In this document: in pieces, positions 44,660-52,996 of the stretch
Layout: each line of letters starts with the position of its first letter
Position numbering within the stretch: the stretch's first letter is position 1
Source of the DNA: an uncultured Holophagales bacterium
GTDB taxonomy: Bacteria > Acidobacteriota > Thermoanaerobaculia > Multivoradales > UBA5704
Assembly: GCA_963842525.1 (NCBI GenBank)
Contig: CAWJGT010000019.1
Span: 256,001 to 320,000, forward strand
Reading direction: 5' to 3'
DNA: 64,000 bases
Translations under genes and position numbers: made by a program
Notes under the pieces: generated by a model
The model's input: only the letters and a program-made list of their open reading frames with translations
Told to the model about the DNA's origin: nothing
Databases searched by the model: none

Positions 44660-45049
44660 ATGGCCAAGATCCCTGAATACCTGAACACCCTCAACGGCTG
44701 GATCAAGCTCCTGGCCGCCCTGGCTGCCCACGCGGCCGAGCTTCCCGTACCTGGCCGAACCCGCCGCCCGGCTCGCGAACCTGCTCCAGCAGGCGAACGG
44801 CCTGAGCACCGAGTACAGCGCCCTGACCGCGAACAAGCAGGACGTCGGGCAGAGGCTGCGGCAGGCTCTTCGGGAAGGAGACGCCCTGGCGGCCTTCCTG
44901 CGGAACGGGGCGCGCGAGCGCTTCGGCACCCGCTCGAAATGCTGGTCCAGTTCGGGATGCAGCCGTTCCGCGGCCGCCTCCGGTCGGTGAAGCCGGCACC
45001 CGAGCCGACGGACCCGGAACCCCCCGCTCCTTCTCCTGAGACGGAGTAA
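44660..45049 (+). CDS. Small predicted alpha-helical hypothetical protein (~129 aa) with two compensating indels
   Basis: Purine-rich RBS, then MAKIPEYLNTLNGW. Removing one base at ~44742 and adding one at ~44936 gives an amphipathic ..LAEPAARLANLLQQANGLSTEYSALTANKQD..RFGTRSEMLVQFGMQPFRGR and a Pro-rich tail. Confidence 0.6.
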   Translation: MAKIPEYLNTLNGWIKLLAALAAHAAELPVPGRTRRPAREPAPAGERPEHRVQRPDREQAGRRAEAAAGSSGRRRPGGLPAERGARALRHPLEMLVQFGMQPFRGRLRSVKPAPEPTDPEPPAPSPETE

Positions 45050-45066
45050 TCGTAGCCCTCCACTCC

Positions 45067-45098
45067 AAGGGGCGTGCGGACCGCGCGCCCCTTTTCTT
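45067..45098 (+). terminator. Rho-independent terminator
   Basis: AAGGGGCGTGCG-GAC-CGCGCGCCCCTT hairpin followed by TTCTT, just after stop 45049. Confidence 0.75.
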
Positions 45099-45126
45099 GA
45101 TCCCCACACAACGATGAGGAAAGACG

Positions 45127-45332
45127 GCCAGGGCTTCCGGGGCGAGCCGGAGGGCTTCCGTGCCGATCCGAAGCCCTGGAAAAACTTTTGGAGGGCTCCA
45201 GAAATTTTCCTAAGCCTTCCAGAAATTTTTTGAACCGTCCAGAAATTTTCTGGAAGCCTTCGGAACCGATCCGAAGCCCTGGAAAAACTTTTGGAGCCCT
45301 TCAGATTTTTTCGGAAGGCCTCCAGAACCGTC
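45127..45332. repeat. Degenerate ~20-21 bp periodic array
   Basis: Recurring AGCCYT/GGGCT..CCAGAAATTTT units. Exact 31-bp repeat CCGATCCGAAGCCCTGGAAAAACTTTTGGAG at 45163-45193 and 45266-45296. Palindrome CCAGAAA-T-TTTCTGG at 45239-45253. Confidence 0.8.
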
Positions 45333-45545
45333 CGGCCGTGAGCCCGGCGTACCGAGACGGCGACCTGGTCGACGAGATCGACGGTGACCTCCTCGGCCTC
45401 GGCGGCCTGCTGAAAAAGGAGCAGGGCAGCCATGGCATCGGGATGGACCCCGCCGGCTTCGAAGATGGGGAGCATCTCGGAGGCCTCGCCGGTATCCAGG
45501 AGCTCCTTGGGTACGCGAGTGTCAAAGACCGCCGCCGACCGCGGT

Positions 45546-45579
45546 CAACGCCTCCGCCTCGCTCTCCCAGACCGTCTGA
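45546..45579 (+). repeat. 34-bp direct repeat, left copy flanking vapBC
   Basis: CAACGCCTCCGCCTCGCTCTCCCAGACCGTCTGA; 32/34 identical to 46351-46384. Confidence 0.9.
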
Positions 45580-45657
45580 CCTACGCCCTGTCTACCTCGT
45601 TCAGGAGCCAAGCCCGAATCGAGAGCCAGAAAACCAGCTTTCTGGTATGATGGCTCC

Positions 45658-45933
45658 ATGAAGACGACGCTCGATTTACCTGATGACTTGGTGCGTGCGG
45701 TGAAGATCCGCGCCGTCGAGGAGAACAGAAGGCTCAAAGATACGATCGCCGACCTCCTCAGGCGAGGCTTGGCCCACGAGCGCGGCAAGCCGGCGAACGT
45801 ACGTAGACGCCTCAAACTGCCGCTCGTCGAATGTGCTCACGCGGCCCGGCCCAGTGAGGAAATGACCCCCGAGCGGGTGGCGGAAGTACTGCTCGAAGAG
45901 GAGGCCGGGTTGCGCCATGATGCTCTGCGATAG
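45658..45933 (+). CDS. vapB: VapB-type ribbon-helix-helix antitoxin
   Basis: MKTTLDLPDDLVRAVKIRA..IADLLRRGL; overlaps the downstream PIN gene. Confidence 0.85.
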   Translation: MKTTLDLPDDLVRAVKIRAVEENRRLKDTIADLLRRGLAHERGKPANVRRRLKLPLVECAHAARPSEEMTPERVAEVLLEEEAGLRHDALR

Positions 45934-46384
45934 CAATGTGTGGCTGGCTCTGGCTCTTTCCAAACACGGCCACCACACCATCGCGCGCGAGTGGCTGGAC
46001 ACCGTCCAGGAGCCGGCGACAGTCCTCCTGTGCCGAGCGACGCAGCAGACCTTTCTCCGGCTGCTCACCAACGCGTCAGTCCTGAGCCCGTACGGAAACC
46101 CACCATTGACAAATCGCGAGGCATGGTCAGCCTACGAAACGCTCCTCACCGACGACCGTATTGTCTTCCGGGCGGACGAGCCGGCAGGAGTGGAGCCCCT
46201 GTGGAAAGAGCTTGCTGCACGCAAGACTGCTTCACCCAAGCTCTGGATCGATGCCTACCTCGCCGCCTTCGCTTTGGCCGGACGGTATCGGATGGTAACG
46301 ACGGATGCGGCGTTTCGCCAGTTCCGAGGACTGGATCTCCTGGTTCTCGGCAACGCCTCGGCATCGCTCTCCCAGACCGTCTGA
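45917..46384 (+). CDS. vapC: VapC PIN-domain ribonuclease toxin
   Basis: LCDSNVWLAL, WIDAYLAAFA and VTTDAAF acidic PIN motifs. Confidence 0.9.
   Translation: MMLCDSNVWLALALSKHGHHTIAREWLDTVQEPATVLLCRATQQTFLRLLTNASVLSPYGNPPLTNREAWSAYETLLTDDRIVFRADEPAGVEPLWKELAARKTASPKLWIDAYLAAFALAGRYRMVTTDAAFRQFRGLDLLVLGNASASLSQTV
46351..46384 (+). repeat. 34-bp direct repeat, right copy (forms the vapC 3' end)
   Basis: CAACGCCTCGGCATCGCTCTCCCAGACCGTCTGA encodes NASASLSQTV*. Confidence 0.9.
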
Positions 46385-46699
46385 GCCCGATGTCCTGTCG
46401 CGAAGCATGCGACCCTGCACACCTGAGGCATTATGCCGAGTCCCGGATTATGCCGAGTCGCCGACCCGAGTTCGCCCCAACTGCTTGAAAGCAGGGAGGA
46501 TCCCGGTTTCTATCCCTACCTGGGCTCGGCATAATCAGAGGCTCTCCAAGAAGGCCAGAAGAGGTCGTCCGGTCAAGCCCTCTGACCCTCCTTCCCGGCA
46601 GCCGCTCTCTTGCTAGAACACTGATTTCGATGTCCTCTTTCCTCTGGCCGTACGGCCAGGAAAGGAAAAGACATGGTCAATCGGTTCTATAGCGCCCCC

Positions 46700-46895
46700 T
46701 GGACCTTGCGGCGCCTGCGAAGTGGCCCCCAGGAAAGCCCTGGCACCCAGAAGAGCTCTTGATGTGAGCGACCAGTGTGGATCGCGCCCAGCCATGCTGG
46801 ATGACCTGGGCCGCATACCATTCCCGCTCGGGGCCTTCAGGAACCTTGGTGAGGAGGGTCATGAGGTAGAACCAGGGTAATTGGTCAGCAGGCCG
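46700..46895 (-). pseudogene. Fragment of DUF1016/YhcG-like PD-(D/E)XK nuclease N-terminal domain
   Basis: QLPWFYLMTLLTKVPEGPEREWYAAQVIQHGWARSTLVAHI resembles the YhcG_N motif. No proper start and no C-terminal domain. Confidence 0.65.
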
Positions 46896-47082
46896 CTGAC
46901 CAATTAGGCACGCGGGGCACATCTGCGCGAAGAACCAGCGGAGCCTTGCGGGAGCTGGCGAGGGCTTCGACGAGCTCTCCGCGCACCCGGCGGTCGCGGA
47001 CCTCCAGGCCGGCCAGGTCGATGGCGTCCAGGAGCTCGTCCCGCTTCAACTGATCTAGTAGAATCTCACGCTTCGAAGGCAT
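46885..47082 (-). pseudogene. Truncated N-terminal remnant of a larger gene
   Basis: GGAGG RBS then MPSKREILLDQLKRDELL..; helical coding-like sequence stops abruptly and abuts the DUF1016 fragment. Confidence 0.45.
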
Positions 47083-47530
47083 AGACCTCCCACCGGGTCC
47101 GGCCGCGGCCGGACCCGTGACCCGACTATTTTACAGTGCGAGCGGGGCCGGCGCTCTCGGCGTCGACGGCCAAGGACGCCGAGGTGTGAGTGGCCAAGCC
47201 CCGCGCTCTTTCCCCCGGAATAGGGTAGCTGGCACCTGAGAGGTCGCCCAACAGGCCGGGTTATCGAGGCTGCGGAACAGGTGCTGCGGAACAGGTGCCA
47301 GAGGATTCTTGGGGAACGTGGGTACGAGAGGCCCATGGGGTCTGCACTCAGCCTGTAAATCAACATCCCGCGGCACCCGAGCGAGCCCTTTGGATGCACT
47401 CAAGGAGGATCGAGAGCGATTTTCCCGCACTCTTTGAGATCTGAACGGCGACCGGCGGTAGGCCGGGCACAGCTCCGCGCGAAGGTGGGTGAAGGCGGGA
47501 AGGTTTGAGAGTTGAGGGCGACCTGCCCGG

Positions 47531-48484
47531 CTATCCGGGCACGGGAATGAGACCGCGAGGTGGCTGATCGCTGACGAACGGCAGATGAGGTGGAAAGCTC
47601 CCTGTCGGGAACCGCGTATTCCGGTCGCCGCTCTTGAGCTTGTCCGCCGCCTCACGAAACGCCGCCACGAACCAGCCATAGGCCTCGTAGAGCTCTTTGC
47701 GGATCTTGCGGCTGAAGGCATGGAAAAGCGGGGCGGGAGACATCTTGGTCTTCACCGGCTGATCGGTCGGCTTCTGGCACAGGATCGCCTTGACTCCCAG
47801 AGGTTGGCAATCGGTCTGCTCTCTCTCGGCCGCCGCTTCGGCTTCGATCTCGGCGATGAGCTCAGCGATCTTCGCTCGATACTGCTTCAGCGTGAGATGA
47901 GCCCAGCAGGGTAAGGGCTCGAAGTGCAGGGTCTCGGTCTGCGCGAAGTCCCGTACACCAAAGGACTCGCCCCGCTGACGCGCAGTGTACTCGGCAGTAC
48001 GGCTGAACCAGGTCCCTTCCAACGACCGGCCTTCGAGCAGGGCCGCTGCACAATGCACTCCCGGCCATTGGAGGACCCTGGCCACCAATCCTTCCTTAAC
48101 CCCGTGTGCAATTATATATTTCAGACGTTCGGCCTGAGCTCCGGCCTCGTCGCTGATCACGATGGCCTGATATCGCCGGGCCCAGATGCCGTGCCTCCAA
48201 CCGGTCAGCCTCTGGACCTCAAGAGCCAGGCCGGAATTGACATCGCGCATGAAGTCGGCGAGTTGTTTGGCATCAGTCACGCGGAGGATGAGGTGGTAGT
48301 GATTCGAAGCGAAGGCCGCGGCTATCAGGACGACTTCATAGATTCGTTGCGCGCGCCCGAGGATACCTACGATGATGTCGTTGAGCTCCGGGCTGGGCCG
48401 GAGGAGGAAGCTGCTCTGGACGGTGCGGCAGGTGACCTCGACAAGGGCGCCTCCTTCGGGGATGAATCGCAGTCTCCGGGCCAT
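47531..48484 (-). mobile_element. Y1 HUH transposase (IS200-like / REP-associated tyrosine transposase)
   Basis: MARRLRF..VEVTCRT..SNHYHLIL (HUH)..IWARRY..LKYIIAHGVKEGLV (catalytic Tyr). Lower GC. No TnpB adjacent. Confidence 0.82.
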
Positions 48485-48884
48485 GGCCGGGCACAGAAGG
48501 CAAGGCGGCTGCCAACTTGGGCTTCGGAGCCAAGCCGTTGATTTCAGGAGGTTTGCCGGAAAGTGGGTGCGGGGCGGCTTCACGTTCGTGTCCAGTTATC
48601 TGGCGGGGGGTAGGGGCGAAATGGCCCGCAAAGGCCCGTCGTTGTTGCATTTTGGTCCGTGTCAAGTGATTAGGCGGGGGCGCAGAATCTTTTGCGGGCG
48701 ACCCAAATCGCGGTGTTTCGGGGGTTGGAACGTCGCGTACAGGGCGGGATAGCACATCGAGGGCGGGGTAATCGTGGCCTTCTTCCGCGGAAAGCACGGG
48801 CAGGCGTGTCCGCCAAGGATCCCGAGGATCCTGGCACCTCAAGGGGCGGTCCCTCCCCCACCTTCTCCCTGCTCAGCTCCACCT

Positions 48885-48915
48885 AAGACGTTGCGGAAAG
48901 CTTCCGCAACGTCTT
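48885..48915. terminator. Perfect 14-bp hairpin downstream of the Cys-rich peptide gene
   Basis: AAGACGTTGCGGAA-AGC-TTCCGCAACGTCTT. Confidence 0.6.
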
Positions 48916-48947
48916 TCCCGAAGCGGTGGATTGGGCGGGGTGCCCCG

Positions 48948-49304
48948 TCAGAACTCGATGCAGTTCGAGGAGGCCGGGCAACTGCGGGTGATGCCGTTGC
49001 AGGTGATCGCGCAGCCGGTGTGCTGGCAGTTGCCCGAGGTGCTCTGGCACTTCCAGTAGGGCTGGCCCGGGCAGAACAGCCAGGCGGTGCAGGTGCCGCC
49101 GCTCCAGGTGATATAGGTCGAACGGTTCTCCGGCGCCGGCGTCAGAAAATCTGGCAGGGCCTCGGGCGCGAGCGGGCTGGCCGGGGCGAGTTGGGCGGTC
49201 GGGGCCGGCGAGTCGGCCTCGGGAACGGCGGGGACCTCCACTTGCGCCGCGTAGAGGAAGGAGGAGAACAAAACCAGACCTGCGCCCAGGATCAGGTGTT
49301 TCAT
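48948..49304 (-). CDS. Secreted Cys-rich peptide (118 aa: signal peptide, Pro/acidic spacer, 8-Cys core)
   Basis: AGGAGG RBS. MKHLILGAGLVLFSSFLYA signal. Core CTAWLFCPGQPYWKCQSTSGNCQHTGCAITCNGITRSCPASSNC. Confidence 0.8.
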   Translation of the reverse strand: MKHLILGAGLVLFSSFLYAAQVEVPAVPEADSPAPTAQLAPASPLAPEALPDFLTPAPENRSTYITWSGGTCTAWLFCPGQPYWKCQSTSGNCQHTGCAITCNGITRSCPASSNCIEF

Positions 49305-49589
49305 GACGGGACCTCCTCTTGAAGGCGGCGAGCGGATTTGCGCGCCGCAAACTCCGACGATCCGCTCGCGCTCGGAGGCGGGCGGCGATGCTGCGAGACA
49401 ACCGGAGCCGCTCTTCCGTGGCAGGAACCTAAGGGGGATCGCTCGTCGCGGCTCGAAACAGGAAGCTTTTAGCACATCGAGTTTCGTCTATCAAGGAGAC
49501 GGGACTGGCGTCGTGTGCTGCGGCCTAAAAGCATACTGCCCCCTGCCCCCCCGGATTGGGGGACAGGGATGGGTTCGATGGAGGGAGGG

Positions 49590-51077
49590 TCAGCGGCGGG
49601 TGGTGGTGGTGGGGACGACGGCTTCGCTGCTCTTGGCGAAGCCGGTGACGATGTAGGTGCCCGAGCGCTGGTCTTTTTTCAGCTTGATGATGTTCTTGCG
49701 CGCGGCGTCTTCGAGCAGCTCGGAAAACGAGCTGTAGCCGTAGTAGCCCTCGTTGAAGGAGGGTTTCTTGCGCTGCATCGTCTGCTTGATCATCGAACCC
49801 CAGAGGACGTCCTTGTTCTCGCGGATCAACGCCTGGATCGATTCGATCATCAGGTTGAAAGCCTCGGCCGTCTTCTTGTTGAGCCCGTCCAGCTTGGGTC
49901 CCTTCTGGTTGTCGCGCCAGACGTCCTCGTAGTAGATGAACTCGTCGCAGTTGTCGATCAGCAGGTTCGACGACGAGTTCTTGACGCCGATGCCGATCAC
50001 GTACTTGTTGTTCTCCTTGAGCTTCGAGACCAGCGGCGAGAAGTCGCTGTCGCCCGACACGATGACGAAGGTGTCGAGGTGCTCCTTCGAGTAGGAAAGA
50101 TCCATGGCATCGACGACCATCTTGATGTCGGCGCTGTTCTTGCCCGAGTAGAACTTCTGCGGGATGTCGATCAGCTCGATGGCGGCCTCGTGGAAGGTGC
50201 GCTTGTACTCGCTGTAGCGCTCCCAGTCGGCGTAGGCCTTCTTGACGATGATCTTGCCCTTTTCGAGGAGGCGCTCCAGGATCAGGTTGATGTCGAGCTT
50301 GCTGATCTCGGAGTCGCGCACGCCGAGCGCGATGTTCTCGAGGTCGCAGAACATGGCGATCTTGCGCTCGTCAGGGCCGGTGCGCTGGCGGTCCGCGATC
50401 GAGATGACGATCTCGCGCGGCAGCGGCTCGTCGGCGGGCAGGCTGACGGTCTCGCTGACCCGGTAGGACCGCGGGATCGCGGCCGGGACGCTCACCATCT
50501 GGACCGGGGCGGCAGGCGGGGCGTGTTGGATGGTGTGCCGGCGCCGTGCCGGGACCGGCTCCTCGAAGACGGGCGGGGGCTCCTCGCCGAACAGGCCCTC
50601 GTCCTCGTCGTCCTCCTCGTCGGCCGTGTCGGTGGCCGCCTCGGAAGCCGGAGCCGCCGCGCGGCCGTTCTTGCTCCGTCGCCGGCTGCGCCGCGGGCGC
50701 TTCCTGCGGCTTTCCGGCTTCTCCTCGTCCTGCGCTTCCCGATCCTCGGCCGCGACCTCCACCTCGCCCACCTCGCCGGCCGCCGCGCTGTCTTCCTCGG
50801 CGGGCTCCACAGGCAGGGCCTCTGCGGCCGGATAGGCCTCAGTCGCCTCGGGGTCGCGCGGCGCCACCTCGTCGAAGAGGCGCGGCGGCTCGGGCTCGGG
50901 ACCGGGGAGGGGCTCGTCGACGTTCTCCCGCCAGTCGGGCTCGGACGCCGGCTCGGTCCCCTGGGAGATGGGAAGCTCTTCCGCAATCGGAGTTGCTGGG
51001 GTGGAGGGCTCTTCCTTCTTCTCGCGGTTCTCTTCGTTCAGGCCTTCAGCCGTGGGGCGTAGCCACCATGGACTCAA
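49590..51077 (-). CDS. NYN (LabA/DUF88-like PIN) domain protein with C-terminal OST-HTH/LOTUS and a long acidic N-terminus; start uncertain
   Basis: IAMFCDLEN, GKNSADIKMVVDA, IVSGDSDF, PSFNEGYYGYSSFSELLE. Confidence 0.9.
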   Translation of the reverse strand: MSPWWLRPTAEGLNEENREKKEEPSTPATPIAEELPISQGTEPASEPDWRENVDEPLPGPEPEPPRLFDEVAPRDPEATEAYPAAEALPVEPAEEDSAAAGEVGEVEVAAEDREAQDEEKPESRRKRPRRSRRRSKNGRAAAPASEAATDTADEEDDEDEGLFGEEPPPVFEEPVPARRRHTIQHAPPAAPVQMVSVPAAIPRSYRVSETVSLPADEPLPREIVISIADRQRTGPDERKIAMFCDLENIALGVRDSEISKLDINLILERLLEKGKIIVKKAYADWERYSEYKRTFHEAAIELIDIPQKFYSGKNSADIKMVVDAMDLSYSKEHLDTFVIVSGDSDFSPLVSKLKENNKYVIGIGVKNSSSNLLIDNCDEFIYYEDVWRDNQKGPKLDGLNKKTAEAFNLMIESIQALIRENKDVLWGSMIKQTMQRKKPSFNEGYYGYSSFSELLEDAARKNIIKLKKDQRSGTYIVTGFAKSSEAVVPTTTTRR

Positions 51078-51206
51078 CGTTTAAACTCCCTTCCCGAGCC
51101 CCGGGCGGGGCTCGAACTCGTAAGTGCCTGTCGGGCCGTGGCGGCGGGGACGGCCCGGCAGCCTTGCAGATTCTACCATGGGCGAAAATCGCCCCAGGGC
51201 ATCTCG

Positions 51207-51515
51207 CTAGTCGAAATCGAAGGGCCGGCGGGGCGGACCCTCGTCCGGCTCTTCCTCGGCCCGGCGCATGGCCTCGCGGAACTTCTCCTCGAGGAGCCGG
51301 TCGCGGTCCTTGATGGCGGCGACCTCGCGCTGGAAGATGTCCTCCGCCCTCTCCTTGTCGTCGTCGAGCCCTTTGAGCAGAGCGTCGAAGTCCTTGCCGC
51401 CGGCGGGCAGTTGCTTCGCCTTGCGGTGGGAGAGGATCTGGCCGGTCGCCGCATCGATGACCAGGTCGGAGTTGCAGTCGGGGCAGCGGACGGTCAGCTT
51501 CCGATTCTCGCTCAC
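51207..51515 (-). CDS. Conserved hypothetical protein with CPxC motif and coiled coil
   Basis: VRCPDC..IDAATG, charged helix, ends RPFDFD; typical codon usage. Confidence 0.75.
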   Translation of the reverse strand: MSENRKLTVRCPDCNSDLVIDAATGQILSHRKAKQLPAGGKDFDALLKGLDDDKERAEDIFQREVAAIKDRDRLLEEKFREAMRRAEEEPDEGPPRRPFDFD

Positions 51516-51551
51516 TCGTCCATTCTACTCAGTTCTGCTAAGTTACGCGCC

Positions 51552-52130
51552 ATGACGGAGACGATGACCGAAAGAGTCCCGAGCCGTGACGAGGCCTGGC
51601 AGCTTCTCTGCCAGTACACGGAGAAGGAGCCCCTGCGCAAGCACGCCCTGGCCGTCGAGGCCTCCATGCGCCACTACGCCCGGCTCTTCGGCGAGGACGA
51701 GGAGCTCTGGGGGCTCACCGGCCTGCTCCACGATTTCGACTACGAGCGCTGGCCCGAGGCCACGGACCACCCCTACCGGGGCAACGAGATCCTGACCGCC
51801 CAGGGCTATCCCGAGGCGCTGCGCACCGCCATCATGGGCCATGCCCCCTACACCGGGGTGCCGCGCGAGACCCGCCTCGCCAAGACCCTCTACGCCTGCG
51901 ACGAGCTCTCCGGCTTCGTCGTGGCCGTCGCCCTGATCAAGCCGAGCAAGGCCGTCCGCGACGTGGACGTGACCTCGGTCAAGAAGCGCTTCAAGGAGAA
52001 GGCCTTCGCCCGCGGCGTCCACCGCGAGGACATCTTCCAGGGCGCCGAGGAGCTGGGCGTGCCGCTCGACGAGCACGTCGAGAACGTGATCAAGGCCCTC
52101 CAGGCAGCGGCACCCAGCCTCGGGCTGTAG
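51552..52130 (+). CDS. HDIG-type HD-domain metal-dependent hydrolase
   Basis: LRKHALAVE, GLLHDFDYE, AIMGH, ACDELSG. Confidence 0.9.
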   Translation: MTETMTERVPSRDEAWQLLCQYTEKEPLRKHALAVEASMRHYARLFGEDEELWGLTGLLHDFDYERWPEATDHPYRGNEILTAQGYPEALRTAIMGHAPYTGVPRETRLAKTLYACDELSGFVVAVALIKPSKAVRDVDVTSVKKRFKEKAFARGVHREDIFQGAEELGVPLDEHVENVIKALQAAAPSLGL

Positions 52131-52180
52131 CGGCCCGCGAGCTTGACACCCCCGCCCCCTGGGATAGAGAGGGGGCCTCC

Positions 52181-52996
52181 ATGTTCCGGGTGGCCTACAA
52201 GCTTTTCCGCTTCCGCGGGCTCCTCGCCACCCTGACGGCGCGCGAGCTCAAGGCACGCTACCGCGGGTCGGTCCTCGGCTTCCTCTGGTCGCTGGCCAAC
52301 CCGCTCCTGCTCCTCGCGGTCTACACCTTCGTCTTCGGCGTGCTCTTCAAGCCGGCGCGCAGCGCGGGGATCGGCGGCCCCTATGCGCTCTTCGTGGTCA
52401 GCGGCCTCTTCCCCTGGATCTGGCTCTCGACCTCGACGCTCGAAGGCTCCATGTCGCTGATCTCCAACTCGGGGCTGATCCGCAAGGCGGTCTTCCCGGC
52501 CGAGCTGCTGCCCATGGTCGTGGTCCTCTCGAACCTCGTCCACTTCCTGCTCGCCTTGCCCGTGATCGGCGCGGCTCTGGCCACGAGCTGGCTGCTCAGC
52601 GACCGCGGAGTGGGAGGGCAGGCCGCGGTGCTGCTGCCGCTGGTGATCCTCCTCCACCTGCCCATGGTCGCCGGGCTGGCCCTCGGGGCCTCCGCCCTCA
52701 CCGTCCACTTCAAGGACGTGCGCGACCTGCTGGCCAACCTGATGACTCTGCTGTTCTTCCTCACCCCCATCCTCTACCATCTCGACTTTTTCTCGGGAGG
52801 ATACCGGGTCATGGCCTGGCTGGTGCGGCTCAACCCGTTCACGCCGTTCACCCTGGCCTACCAGCAGGTGCTCTTCTACGGCACGCCGCCCTCGCCGCGG
52901 CTCTGGGCGCAGATGGCTCTGATCAGCCTCGCCTTCTGGGCGGCGGGCGCGTCCCTCTTCGACCGGCTGCGCGAGACCCTGGTGGAGGCGGCATGA
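52181..52996 (+). CDS. ABC-2 polysaccharide export permease (Wzm-like)
   Basis: RELKARYRGSVLGFLWSLANPL, FFLTPILY, LNP; about 6 TM segments. Confidence 0.92.
   Translation: MFRVAYKLFRFRGLLATLTARELKARYRGSVLGFLWSLANPLLLLAVYTFVFGVLFKPARSAGIGGPYALFVVSGLFPWIWLSTSTLEGSMSLISNSGLIRKAVFPAELLPMVVVLSNLVHFLLALPVIGAALATSWLLSDRGVGGQAAVLLPLVILLHLPMVAGLALGASALTVHFKDVRDLLANLMTLLFFLTPILYHLDFFSGGYRVMAWLVRLNPFTPFTLAYQQVLFYGTPPSPRLWAQMALISLAFWAAGASLFDRLRETLVEAA

Noticed and set aside
45127-45332. CRISPR array
   Set aside because: Only two exact 31-bp copies, the intervening sequence is itself repetitive, and there are no cas genes.
44414-45661. ORFs 44414..45475 (-) and 45188..45661 (+) as genes
   Set aside because: They run through the repeat array and terminator and give low-complexity translations.
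47100-48900. IS605/IS607 element with an RNA-guided TnpB/IscB nuclease
   Set aside because: No RuvC or zinc-finger ORF next to the Y1 transposase.
48948-49304. Lanthipeptide or ranthipeptide RiPP precursor
   Set aside because: It has a Sec-type signal and an even Cys count, and no LanM/LanBC/rSAM gene is nearby; disulfides are more likely.
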